DNA of 60,387 nt from Candidatus Moraniibacteriota bacterium. GTDB lineage: Bacteria; Patescibacteriota; Minisyncoccia; Moranbacterales; UBA1568. Numbering within the stretch: position 1 is the stretch's first letter; each line of letters starts with the position of its first letter. Both the position numbers and the translations under genes were made by a program. Shown here in pieces: positions 9,346-18,749 of this stretch. Under the pieces are notes generated by a model, which was given only the letters and a program-made list of their open reading frames with translations, searched no databases and was not told the origin of the DNA. The stretch lies in NCBI GenBank assembly GCA_049290235.1, contig JBATNG010000004.1, positions 1 to 60,387 of the forward strand. The letters are read 5' to 3'.

Positions 9346-10785
9346 TCAAGTGCCGCTCCCTGCCAAAAAACGGACCAGGAGTTGCACTCCAGCACCAACA
9401 GAACCCTTGGCAAGATGTTCACCTGAGATGGTCATCATCCGTGGCGCGATATCGATGTGTGCCCAGGGGTACGTGACGAATTGTTTGAGGAACATCGCTG
9501 CCGTGATCGCTCCGCCCCATTTCGTATTGCCGACATTGGCGATGTCCGCATAGGTGCCTTTGATATCGTCGAGGTATTCATCCCAAAGCGGCAAGGGCCA
9601 GACCGGATCCCCTACCGCGAGCCCGATATGGCGGAGTTTGGTCTCCAGGGCTTCGTCTTCGGTGAAGATGGCCGAGCTTCGTTCGCCGAGTGCGACCATC
9701 GCTGAGCCCGTCAGCGTCGCCACATCGATCACGAGCCGGGGGTGATACTTCGCTGCCCAGGTGAGGGTATCAGCGAGGATAATTCGTCCCTCTGCATCCG
9801 TGTCCTGCACTTCAACCGTCTTGCCTGACAGGGTGCGAATGATGTCGCCGGGTCGATAACTCTCACCGGAAATCATATTCTCCACCGCTGGGATGAGCGC
9901 GATGATATTTTGCTTCAGCTTGAGTCGGGCACAAGCAGCCAGGGTATGGATGACACTCGCCCCGCCCGACATATCCATGTTCATGCCAAGGATAGCGGTC
10001 GATGGTTTCAAGTTGATACCGCCGGCATCAAAGGTGACTCCCTTGCCGATGAGCACCGTCGGTAACGCCCCTCGCTTGTCCCCTCGATACTCGAGGATGA
10101 TGAAGCGCGGCTTCGAGACAGAACCCTTGCCGACCGCGATGACCCCTGCCATCCCTTGGCGCTCGATCTCCCGTTCGTTCCAGATCGTCACTCGAACTGG
10201 CAGCTTCCGAAATGTCTGACGCGCATGACGAGCCAGGAGCGCTGGCGTCATCTCGCTGGCCGGCATCGTCGCGATATGCCGCGCCTGATTTGTCTCTTCA
10301 CCGATGATCTTGCCACGGCGGAGTCCATTTCGGACACGTGAAGTATCAGCGTTCATGAGATACACCGTTTTCACATGCGGGAATCCCTTGTCCGGCTCGG
10401 TCTTGTAGTGTTCGAAGGCGTAATCGGCGAGGAGAAAATTGACAGCCAAGAGCTCCGCCAGTTCAACCTCCGGCACTTCCTTGACCAATGACCGGAGTGC
10501 TCGGAAATCAATTGCGAGTCCAGTCCATTTCTGCTCTTTGGCTACGATCACTACCCGGCGGAGCGCGAGGATGAATTGGCGCCGAGTCAGGGTTGCAGTC
10601 GGACCGACACCCAACTCGAGCGACGAACGACCCACCGCATCGGTCTGGGACGAGACGTGTTCTGATTGCTGTCGAAAAATGACGCGAGGAATTCTCTTCG
10701 GCGGGGTGCGGTCAGTCAGGATACGCATAAACTGGATGGTATTACTGCGAGAGGGAACGGATGTCAGCGAGAACGATTCCCACAT
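9346..10785 (-). CDS. pepA: Leucyl aminopeptidase (M17)
   Basis: 479-aa ORF with the VQDTDAEGRIILADTL (NTDAEGR-type) motif. The internal ATG at 10728 (MRILTDR...) avoids overlapping the bcp stop and may be the true start. Confidence 0.88.
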   Translation of the reverse strand: MWESFSLTSVPSRSNTIQFMRILTDRTPPKRIPRVIFRQQSEHVSSQTDAVGRSSLELGVGPTATLTRRQFILALRRVVIVAKEQKWTGLAIDFRALRSLVKEVPEVELAELLAVNFLLADYAFEHYKTEPDKGFPHVKTVYLMNADTSRVRNGLRRGKIIGEETNQARHIATMPASEMTPALLARHARQTFRKLPVRVTIWNEREIERQGMAGVIAVGKGSVSKPRFIILEYRGDKRGALPTVLIGKGVTFDAGGINLKPSTAILGMNMDMSGGASVIHTLAACARLKLKQNIIALIPAVENMISGESYRPGDIIRTLSGKTVEVQDTDAEGRIILADTLTWAAKYHPRLVIDVATLTGSAMVALGERSSAIFTEDEALETKLRHIGLAVGDPVWPLPLWDEYLDDIKGTYADIANVGNTKWGGAITAAMFLKQFVTYPWAHIDIAPRMMTISGEHLAKGSVGAGVQLLVRFLAGSGT

Positions 10786-11230
10786 GATCAGCCGGCTTCA
10801 CGGGGTCATAGACCTGGGCGATTTTTCCCTGAGGGTTGATCAGAAAAGAAACGCGATGCGTGCCCATATATTCGCGGCCCATAAATTTCTTCTTCCCCCA
10901 GACACCATAGCGTTCGACAACTTTTTTCTCCTCATCAGAGAGCAGCGTGAACGGGAGCGAGTATTTCTCGACTAACTTCGCATGTTTCTTCACCGGATCG
11001 ATAGAAACACCGAGGATCACGGCTCCGGCTCGCTTGAGCGCGGCGAAATTGTCCCGGAGACTACACGCCTCTGTCGTACAACCCGGGGTATCGTCTTTCG
11101 GATAGAAATACAGGACCACCCACTGCCCGAGGAATTCTTTTAGCGTCCTGGTCTCCCCGTTCTGGTCAGGCAGAGAGAGCGGCGGCGCTTTTTTCCCAAT
11201 CATTTTCCCAATCTGTGGCTTTCCCGGCAT
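10742..11230 (-). CDS. bcp: Thioredoxin-dependent peroxiredoxin (Bcp)
   Basis: 162 aa: YFYPKDDTPGCTTEAC. Confidence 0.9.
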   Translation of the reverse strand: MPGKPQIGKMIGKKAPPLSLPDQNGETRTLKEFLGQWVVLYFYPKDDTPGCTTEACSLRDNFAALKRAGAVILGVSIDPVKKHAKLVEKYSLPFTLLSDEEKKVVERYGVWGKKKFMGREYMGTHRVSFLINPQGKIAQVYDPVKPADHVGIVLADIRSLSQ

Positions 11231-11314
11231 AGGCTCCGATCCATCTCATTATGTCCTCCAGTGTAGCATAAGCCAGTGGACCCCTACGGACCAGGCAAGT
11301 CCATAGATTTTCTC

Positions 11315-11353
11315 AATAAAAGAAACCCGCCCCCCGCTTGTGCGGAAGACGGG
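11315..11353 (-). terminator. Intrinsic terminator after the 55-aa ORF
   Basis: Minus-strand CCCGUCUUCCGC-acaa-GCGGGGGGCGGG (12 bp including G-U pairs) followed by UUUCUUUUAUU. Confidence 0.75.
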
Positions 11354-11378
11354 AATTGTATTGTTCCGGCGTGGCGGA

Positions 11379-11546
11379 TTATTGCTTATTCTTCAGGGTT
11401 TCCGTCTCCTCCTTATAAGAACCTTCCGCATCATCGGCAACAGTCCCGTCTAATGGCGCCTCAAAATAATCACGTGAGGCCATCAGAATCCGATGCAAAT
11501 GAAGTCGTATACCGATTTCTTCAGCGCGTTGTTTGCTGCTTAACAT
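11379..11546 (-). CDS. Small hypothetical protein (55 aa), below the ORF-track length cutoff
   Basis: GGGAGAAG-ttg-ATG, then MLSSKQRAEEIGIRLHLHRILMASRDYFEAPLDGTVADDAEGSYKEETETLKNKQ, TAA, then a strong terminator about 25 nt downstream. Confidence 0.5.
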   Translation of the reverse strand: MLSSKQRAEEIGIRLHLHRILMASRDYFEAPLDGTVADDAEGSYKEETETLKNKQ

Positions 11547-11652
11547 CAACTTCTCCCTTTGAAAGAAACATGCCGAGCCATCTTTGATGAACGAGGCTGG
11601 TAGAGTTTATCAGAAAAAACGCACGGTGTCGAGCAGCTATCAGACCAAGCAT

Positions 11653-12864
11653 CTACAAATATTTCTGACCTCGGAATTTGTCAGGTAGATAGTCCTGCTT
11701 CGCCGCTTCGGGGTCAGTGAAATCGGGCGTGTATTTGTAACCTTTGCCGTAGTCGAGTGATTTCATGAGCTTCGTTGGTGCATTCCGCAGATGAAGCGGC
11801 ACCGGCTCATTGGGAAACTCAGCGATATCAGCCTTGACTTTCGCGTAGGCTGTGTAGAGGGCATTGGATTTCTTGGACTGCGCGAGATACACCACCGCCT
11901 GGGCGAGATTGACACTACACTCCGGCATCCCGATGAACTGGGCAGCTTGATACGCCGCGATCGCTTGGGGCAAGGCAAATGAGTTCCCCATACCGACGTC
12001 CTCGGAAGCGAACCGGACGAGCCGGCGCGCCACGTACAGTGGGTCTTCACCCGCCTCGAGCATGCGGCCGAGCCAGTACAGCGCCGCATCAGCATCCCCG
12101 CCTCGCATCGATTTATGCAGGGCCGAGATGATATTGTAGTGTTCCTCGCCACCCTTGTCATAGAGGAGATGTGAGCGTGAAGCGATTCTCTCGACTCCCT
12201 GGGTGGTAATCTGCTCGCCGAGACTCGCACAGGCTTCGAGGACATTGTAGGCCGCCCGAGCATCCCCACCTGAAATCCCCGCGATGAACTGGAGTGCCGC
12301 ATCAGTCGCCTGGATCTTCCGCTGCTTCAGAACCGCATCGTCCTGGAGTGCCGCTTGTAATAACGCCGCGAGATGTTCAGGGGTATGTTTTTCCAGCACC
12401 AGGACACGGGTCCTCGAAAGCAAAGCGGCATTCACTTCGAAACTCGGATTCTCAGTCGTCGCCCCGATGAGCGTGATCGTCCCGTCCTCGACATGCGGCA
12501 GGAGGGCATCTTGTTGCGATTTGTTCCACCGGTGGATCTCATCCACAAAGAGAATCGTCCGCGCGCCGAGTCGTCCGGTCGCCTTCGCTCCTTCGACGAT
12601 CCGTTGGATGTCCTTCTTCCCACTCTCGACGGCCGAGAGCGCGATGAAATGTGATTTCGTTTCGAGCGCGATCAACCGGGCCAGAGTCGTCTTGCCGCTC
12701 CCCGGTGGTCCCCAAAAAAGGAGTGACGGCACCTGATCCGCTTCGATCGCACGGCGCAAGAACGAACCCTCGCCGAGGATTTTCTCCTGGCCGATGAAGT
12801 CCGAAAGTCGCTTCGGACGCATCCGCTCGGCCAGAGGCGGGGGCGTCAGGTCATCGTGCTCCAT
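11653..12864 (-). CDS. rarA: Replication-associated recombination protein A (AAA+ ATPase)
   Basis: 403 aa: GPPGSGKTTLA, FVDEIHRWNK, and a MgsA C-terminal domain (ISALHKSMRGGDADAALYW). Confidence 0.93.
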   Translation of the reverse strand: MEHDDLTPPPLAERMRPKRLSDFIGQEKILGEGSFLRRAIEADQVPSLLFWGPPGSGKTTLARLIALETKSHFIALSAVESGKKDIQRIVEGAKATGRLGARTILFVDEIHRWNKSQQDALLPHVEDGTITLIGATTENPSFEVNAALLSRTRVLVLEKHTPEHLAALLQAALQDDAVLKQRKIQATDAALQFIAGISGGDARAAYNVLEACASLGEQITTQGVERIASRSHLLYDKGGEEHYNIISALHKSMRGGDADAALYWLGRMLEAGEDPLYVARRLVRFASEDVGMGNSFALPQAIAAYQAAQFIGMPECSVNLAQAVVYLAQSKKSNALYTAYAKVKADIAEFPNEPVPLHLRNAPTKLMKSLDYGKGYKYTPDFTDPEAAKQDYLPDKFRGQKYL

Positions 12865-12873
12865 ACGTGACGA

Positions 12874-13671
12874 CTAGAAATCAGTCTCCGAAAAGACAAG
12901 CGAGAGTCCGACGGGGCAATGGTCTGATCCTGGCACGTCTGACAGAATGATCGACTCTTTCATATTTTGCTCGAGACTGTTGTCCACAAAAAAGTAATCG
13001 ATGCGCCAGCCGACATTTCGATCACGCGCGCGAGTCTTCATGTCCCACCACGTGTAGGCGACTTCCTGCGGATGGAAATGTCGAAACGTATCGATGAAAC
13101 CGGCGGCCAAGAGTTTATCAATCCAGACACGCTCCGTCGCGAGGAAGCCCGAGGTCTTTGCATTCTCCTTGGGCCGGGCGAGATCGATTTCTTGGTGGGC
13201 GGTATTCACATCGCCACAGACGACGACCTTCTTCCCCTGTTTCCGGAGATGCGTGAGGTAGTGGAGAAATTCATCGTAAAACTGCATCTTGTACTGGAGC
13301 CGGAGATCACCCGATCCGCCATTAGGAAAGTAGACGTTCAAGAGCGTGAAATGGCGAAACTCCATCTCGATGACGCGACCCTCACGCGAGAGGAGATTGT
13401 CTCCAAAGAATGTCTTCACTTCGAACGGCCGCTTCTTCACATAGATCCCGACCCCGCTGTAGCCTTTCTTTTCGGTCGAACAATTGAAATAACTCGTATA
13501 ACCGTCCGGGTTGCGGAGATCCTCGGTGAGTTGGTCCGGATCGCTGATCTTGGTTTCTTGGACGGCGACGATGGGGAACTTCCCCTGCTGCATCCAGGCG
13601 ATGAAGTCCTTTTTCCCGGCCGAACGGAGCCCATTCACGTTCCAGGAGATGAGCGTGTAGTGTTCTTGCAT
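12874..13671 (-). CDS. xth: Exodeoxyribonuclease III
   Basis: 265 aa: SWNVNGLR..., VAVQETK, GDVNTAH, SDHCPV. Confidence 0.93.
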   Translation of the reverse strand: MQEHYTLISWNVNGLRSAGKKDFIAWMQQGKFPIVAVQETKISDPDQLTEDLRNPDGYTSYFNCSTEKKGYSGVGIYVKKRPFEVKTFFGDNLLSREGRVIEMEFRHFTLLNVYFPNGGSGDLRLQYKMQFYDEFLHYLTHLRKQGKKVVVCGDVNTAHQEIDLARPKENAKTSGFLATERVWIDKLLAAGFIDTFRHFHPQEVAYTWWDMKTRARDRNVGWRIDYFFVDNSLEQNMKESIILSDVPGSDHCPVGLSLVFSETDF

Positions 13672-13721
13672 AGTGTATCGTTTCCCCTATCCTAGCATTT
13701 CCCGAGAGGCTTCAAAAGCGG

Positions 13722-14960
13722 CTATCCTCCGGTCTGAGTCGAATGTGCCGGTGCCTTGCCGATGAGATACTCCCGTCCCGAAAGCCGAAGCACGAGATGA
13801 TCCAGCTCAGTGTAGCGCCGTTTCTTCTCGTGGATATCGACATCGTCCCCCAGCTTCAATGCCGCCGTCCCATGGCGTGGCGAGTACCAGGCGATATACG
13901 CCTTGGCATACTTCACCTGTCGAGCGATATCAAGTGTTTGCTCGAAATCCTCGCGTGTCTCACCGGGAAAGCCGACGATGATATCGGTCGTGAACTGAAC
14001 ATCGGGCACCTTGGCTCGGATCCGATCGACGAGTGCCAGGTACTCGTCGCGCGTGTACCACCGATTCATCGCCTTGATAATTTTGTCGCTCCCCGCCTGG
14101 ATCGGGAGGTGAAGCAGCCGGTCAATGTTCGGATGCCGCGCGATCGTGTCGATCAGTTCATCCGAGAAATCCCACGGATTGGCCGAGAGAAACATCACTT
14201 TCTCAACGCCGGGGATTTCCGCCACGGCCTCGAGGAGATGCGGGAACAAGGTCGGGATGCGATGCCGGCCGAGATGCTTCACCATCACGGGTTTCACGGT
14301 CTTTCCTCCAGGGAGCGCGTACTCCGAGCCAGCCTTGATGTTTTCCGCGAGGAAGTCGGCCCCATATGAATTCACATTCTGACCGAGGAGCATGACTTCC
14401 GTCTTACCGGTCTTCACGGCTTCGCGCACTTCATGCAGGATCTCACCAAACTCCCGGGAGCGCTCCTTGCCGCGGGAAAACGGCACGATACAGAACGCGC
14501 AGAAATTATTGCAGCCATTTGAGATGACCACTGAGGCCATCTTTCCGCTGCCGCGCTTCGGTGCGTGTTCGAAGCCGACATCTTCCATCGGGAGGAATTC
14601 TTCGTTTGGGAGACGCGCCTGCATCCGCCGCATGAGCTTGCCCGACGGTTCGCGCGCTGCCGCCCCAACCAGGCAACCCGTCACGACGATATGTAGGCGC
14701 TCGGGCCCGCGCTTTGCCTTTTCCCGAAGGTTCTGGACCAAGCCGTACACCTTTTCCTCGGCCCGGTCACGCACGATACAGGTGTTCACGATGAGCGTGT
14801 CCGCCTGTTCCAAGGTCTCAGCCGGCGCAAAACCGCGCGCCTCGTACAGGCTCGCGATCCGCTCCGAATCGGCCGTGTTCTGCTGGCAGCCGAAGGTTTG
14901 AATAAAGTATTTCTGGGGCATACGTCCCACGATTGTAACGGGAATAGCGGAAAGAATCAA
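13722..14960 (-). CDS. miaB: MiaB-family radical-SAM methylthiotransferase (no obvious TRAM domain)
   Basis: FIQTFGCQQN (UPF0004 domain) and CNNFCAFCIVP (CxxxCxxC). The likely true start is MPQKYF at 14921. Confidence 0.85.
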   Translation of the reverse strand: MILSAIPVTIVGRMPQKYFIQTFGCQQNTADSERIASLYEARGFAPAETLEQADTLIVNTCIVRDRAEEKVYGLVQNLREKAKRGPERLHIVVTGCLVGAAAREPSGKLMRRMQARLPNEEFLPMEDVGFEHAPKRGSGKMASVVISNGCNNFCAFCIVPFSRGKERSREFGEILHEVREAVKTGKTEVMLLGQNVNSYGADFLAENIKAGSEYALPGGKTVKPVMVKHLGRHRIPTLFPHLLEAVAEIPGVEKVMFLSANPWDFSDELIDTIARHPNIDRLLHLPIQAGSDKIIKAMNRWYTRDEYLALVDRIRAKVPDVQFTTDIIVGFPGETREDFEQTLDIARQVKYAKAYIAWYSPRHGTAALKLGDDVDIHEKKRRYTELDHLVLRLSGREYLIGKAPAHSTQTGG

Positions 14961-14982
14961 AAGGAACTTTAATTGATCGCCT

Positions 14983-15978
14983 TTATTGACTTACGAGTTC
15001 GGTCTGGCCGTTTGACCGGAGATGGATTGGGATGTCTTCGGTGGTGATCGTGTCAGTCGCGGTATCAAATGTCGCGCGGACGAGGAGGCCGGACTGGGTT
15101 TCGGGACGGAAATACTGGTCAAAGATGAAATTACCGAGCGAATAATAAATCGGTTTCCCCTGATAGTCTTCGCGTTCCTGGACCACATGCGGATGCGACC
15201 CGATGACGAGATCCGCGCCGACATCGACGAATTCATGAGCGAGCTGTTTTACAGCGGGCAGAGCCTCGACGTATTCCTCGCCCCAGTGAGCATAGATGAC
15301 GATGAAATCACTAAGCTCCTTGACTGCCGTGATATCTTCGAATGCTTTCGCGCGACTGTTTGAGACAAACTGATTGTAATTCACGAAAGCGATCCGTGTG
15401 CCACGGATATCGCGGATGACGTAGCGGGTATCACCGACGAGGGGTGAACCGAACTGGGCGACACCAGACTGCTCGAGGAGCGCTTTTGTTTGCTGGACAC
15501 CGTCTTCTTGGAAATTCAAGATATGGTTGTTCCCGATATTCACGAGAGTGATGTTTTCGCGTTTCAGGAGCGCAGCCGTCTCGGGCGGAAAGGTGAAGAC
15601 ATAGTTGTCGTGTGCCCCTTCGGCACTCGTCTCACTCACCGATTTCTGGTCCGTGATCGGCCCTTCCAGGTTAGCGACGACGAGATCAGCCGACTGGAGC
15701 GTGTCGGAGAGCGGCGCCAGGATGAAGTCCCCGCCCCGTCTCGCCGTGACCGTCCGAATCCACCGGTCGAATTGCATATCTCCGCCAAAGAGCACCGTCA
15801 CCGTATCACCTTCCTGTGTCTCTTGAGGAGTCGTCGATTGGTTAAGCGACCAGAAGACCGTCGGTGCTTCTGGATGCGGGTCGACCGCTCGAGTCAGGAG
15901 CCAAAAACACCCCGCCGCGCCCATGCACGCAGCGAGTAACTGGAAGAGACGAAAATGATGTTTCAGGGGTATGGTCAT
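14983..15978 (-). CDS. CapA-family (PGA_cap) metallophosphatase-like protein
   Basis: TM anchor plus GD..F/NLE/GNNH/HWG/GSHPH motifs. The start at 15978 (MTIPLKHH) forms an ATGA overlap with the rlmN stop. The track's longer ORF starts at 16011. Confidence 0.8.
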   Translation of the reverse strand: MTIPLKHHFRLFQLLAACMGAAGCFWLLTRAVDPHPEAPTVFWSLNQSTTPQETQEGDTVTVLFGGDMQFDRWIRTVTARRGGDFILAPLSDTLQSADLVVANLEGPITDQKSVSETSAEGAHDNYVFTFPPETAALLKRENITLVNIGNNHILNFQEDGVQQTKALLEQSGVAQFGSPLVGDTRYVIRDIRGTRIAFVNYNQFVSNSRAKAFEDITAVKELSDFIVIYAHWGEEYVEALPAVKQLAHEFVDVGADLVIGSHPHVVQEREDYQGKPIYYSLGNFIFDQYFRPETQSGLLVRATFDTATDTITTEDIPIHLRSNGQTELVSQ

Positions 15979-17060
15979 CCGTGTTTTTTCTCTACGACGA
16001 GCTGGCCACAAGCAGCGTCGATATCCGCCCCCATCGTCCTGCGGCGCGTCACATCGATCCGCGCGTCCAAGAGCCTCTTCTCAAAAGCGACAAGCGCGAC
16101 ACTCTCGCTCGTTGCATACCGACTCTTGGTGTCATTGTAGGGAATCAGATTAATCTTTACTTTTCCGACTTTGCGAGCAAAGGCTACGAGCTTATCGGCA
16201 TGGGCAGACGTGTCATTCACCCCCGCGAGCATTACGTATTCAAAGGTCAGATGCCGACGCCGGCTTTCAAACTTCAAGAAATATTCTATTGTCCACTCTG
16301 CCAGATCGTCAAGGAATTTCGGATAGGACGAAGGCATGATGGCCGTGCGTGTCGCCCCATCTGCACTGTGCAATGAGACCGCCAGACGCACCGGTGGCCA
16401 GGTCTCATCGGCGAGGAGTTGCCGAAGCATCGGAATGAGACCCACCGTCGAAACCGTCAGCCGCGTCGGTCCCATATCCGTGTGGGCGAGGAAGGCTTGG
16501 AGCGACGCCTTCACATTCGCATAATTCGCCAGTGGCTCCCCCATGCCCATATAGACGACATTTGAAATCCGCTGTTCGAGCTCGTGATGTGCATCGAGGA
16601 AATACATCCAATAGCGGTACTGATCGATGATTTCATCCGCCGAGAGATTGCGGGTGAAACCCATCGTCCCGGTCGCACAAAACGTACAGGCCATCGCACA
16701 GCCGACTTGGGAAGAGACACAGATGCTCCAAAACCCGCGCGCATTCTGCATGAGCACCGTCTCAATCCGCTTCCCATCCACCGTTTCGAGCACCGCCTTG
16801 AACGTATCGAGTTTGACGCTCTGCAACAAAGCGACGGGTGTCAGAGACAGCCACGTCGCATGTTCCTTGAGTTCTTTCCGGATGTCTTTGGACAGGACGG
16901 TCACATCCTCCCAGGATTTCCAATCCGGCCGAAACAAAGCCGCCTCCACTTGCCGGAGACGGAAAGCCGGTTGGCCTGCAAACAGATTGGTCAGCGTTGC
17001 GGAGCGTGTTTCCATAGTCGGGGGTCCAAGCACTGTACCCCGACCGCGTCCGAGCGTCAA
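15975..17060 (-). CDS. rlmN: 23S rRNA/tRNA (adenine-C2)-methyltransferase RlmN
   Basis: 361 aa: SSQVGCAMACTFCATG radical-SAM motif. Confidence 0.93.
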   Translation of the reverse strand: MTLGRGRGTVLGPPTMETRSATLTNLFAGQPAFRLRQVEAALFRPDWKSWEDVTVLSKDIRKELKEHATWLSLTPVALLQSVKLDTFKAVLETVDGKRIETVLMQNARGFWSICVSSQVGCAMACTFCATGTMGFTRNLSADEIIDQYRYWMYFLDAHHELEQRISNVVYMGMGEPLANYANVKASLQAFLAHTDMGPTRLTVSTVGLIPMLRQLLADETWPPVRLAVSLHSADGATRTAIMPSSYPKFLDDLAEWTIEYFLKFESRRRHLTFEYVMLAGVNDTSAHADKLVAFARKVGKVKINLIPYNDTKSRYATSESVALVAFEKRLLDARIDVTRRRTMGADIDAACGQLVVEKKHG

Positions 17061-17062
17061 GA

Positions 17063-17401
17063 CTACGGCTTCTTCTTTCTCATGCCCGCGAAGAGGTCCC
17101 GGCCCGTTTCAAGTGTCGCTTGATGCACCTCTTGGTCATGGTCCAGGCGTTCAAGCGCCTCAAGAAATTTTTTCTCCTGAAAGGCCGTTTCTTTGGCGGT
17201 CTGCTCGAGGTATGCCTTACGCTGTCCTTCGGTCCACCGATAGCGGTAGAGATCACGGTGCCACTGGTAGGCGACAAACCCCGTGATGACGATGAAACAC
17301 AAAGAAAAGAGCGTCTTGTAATGGCGGATCCAGAAATACAATCCTCGTTTACGGGCGGCTGCGAAAGATATTTTTTTGAATGAGAGCTTCATAGGGTACA
17401 T
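17063..17401 (-). CDS. Hypothetical single-TM protein at the end of the pilMNO block
   Basis: 112 aa with one TM helix (LFSLCFIVITGFVAYQW) and a charged helical tail. Confidence 0.5.
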   Translation of the reverse strand: MYPMKLSFKKISFAAARKRGLYFWIRHYKTLFSLCFIVITGFVAYQWHRDLYRYRWTEGQRKAYLEQTAKETAFQEKKFLEALERLDHDQEVHQATLETGRDLFAGMRKKKP

Positions 17402-18180
17402 CAGTCTTTCATATAGACAACCGTTTCAAAGACAGCATTCAACGTGTCCGGGTGCGGGCGAGTGGCGGGTTCAGTCAGCGGGACACCGAACGGATCGAGA
17501 GCGCCGGACTCTGGGGCGACTCGGTCGACTTCGTCAAGTTGGGCTTTGATATTCATTCCGATGATATCGAGTGCGTATGGCAGCGACTCGAGCCGCGAGA
17601 GGTAACGAACGATATCGCCATAGGCACCAGTCACGGTGATCGTCAGTTTCAAGTACTTCTTGAGCGGGAGTTCGGCCACGAGACCGGTTTCTTTACTGGT
17701 CGGACTCGCCTTTTTCGCCGACGGTTCAGCAGCATCCTCAGCTTTCCCCTCATCAGCCACAGCTGGCTTCGCCGTACCGGTTTTCTTCTCAGTCGCCGTG
17801 ATCTTGCTCTCCAGGAACGCATTATCACGGGATTCGATCTCGATCGCGACACCTTCCTCCCCCGCGAGGTGCTCCAGCCGCTCGATGAACTCGACCAGCC
17901 GATCCTTCGTCAGGATGATGCCGAGACTACCGACGTGTTCTGCGATGAGCGCGTGCTGAGCCTCGAGTTCGGGCAGCCGCTCCAACTGTTTCTCTCGATG
18001 CTCGCGCGTCACAGCATGCTTTTGGATATCGTCCATTTTCGTCTGGATAGTCGACAACAAGAGACGGATACCGAACCACCCAACCAACCCGATCGTCCCA
18101 AAGAGAACGAGCTGGATCACGGTCGGCTTTATTTTTTCCCACATCGGATTCGGCATAGCGTTTAGGATTGGATCAGGCAT
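17401..18180 (-). CDS. pilO: PilO-like pilus assembly protein
   Basis: 259 aa: TM helix, coiled coil, then an alpha/beta C-terminal domain interrupted by a Lys/Ala/Glu-rich insert. It sits directly after the PilN-like gene. Confidence 0.55.
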   Translation of the reverse strand: MPDPILNAMPNPMWEKIKPTVIQLVLFGTIGLVGWFGIRLLLSTIQTKMDDIQKHAVTREHREKQLERLPELEAQHALIAEHVGSLGIILTKDRLVEFIERLEHLAGEEGVAIEIESRDNAFLESKITATEKKTGTAKPAVADEGKAEDAAEPSAKKASPTSKETGLVAELPLKKYLKLTITVTGAYGDIVRYLSRLESLPYALDIIGMNIKAQLDEVDRVAPESGALDPFGVPLTEPATRPHPDTLNAVFETVVYMKD

Positions 18181-18749
18181 TCGCGACGGAACCTGAAGTC
18201 GATTTGAAAATCAATTTCCTTCTGCGAGAACAGGTTCGAGATCGGAACACGCACATCGCTGACGCATTCGTCTCCCTTCAAGGCCGCCTCGAACTGGAGG
18301 AACTGATCGCGCGTGCCCGCTTGGCCGGCGATCGAAACAGTGTAGTCCTTGGTCATCAGTTCGACTACCACGACGCCTTCCGGTGTGAGTGACTGAAGCG
18401 ATGAGAACAGTTTACTCCAATGGAGATGGGACCGCTGATACTGGGCGATGCTCTCGGTTTCGGCATTGACCCGCTTGAACTCATCCTGATAATTCACCAG
18501 CTGCTTCGCTTCCGCATTGTATTGCTCGAAGGCGGCGAGCGTGTCTTGCCCAACCTTCACTTGAAAATTGAGAATCGTGTAGATCCCACCGAGGATGATC
18601 ACATAGTACAGCTCGAGCAAGAGCACGAGTGTCGTTTGCCACACGAAAAACCGGTAGCGGAACTTTCGCACCAGGGCATCCTTTTTCGCTTCGGGGAGGA
18701 GATTAAGTAAGATCTTCATATTCATCCAGGCCGCGGAGCGCGAGGCCAA
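18162..18749 (-). CDS. pilN: PilN-like pilus assembly protein
   Basis: 195 aa with the LLNLLPE motif and one TM helix. It overlaps the pilM stop. The start may be the MNMK or MK ATG at 18725 or 18719. Confidence 0.65.
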   Translation of the reverse strand: MASRSAAWMNMKILLNLLPEAKKDALVRKFRYRFFVWQTTLVLLLELYYVIILGGIYTILNFQVKVGQDTLAAFEQYNAEAKQLVNYQDEFKRVNAETESIAQYQRSHLHWSKLFSSLQSLTPEGVVVVELMTKDYTVSIAGQAGTRDQFLQFEAALKGDECVSDVRVPISNLFSQKEIDFQIDFRFRRECLIQS

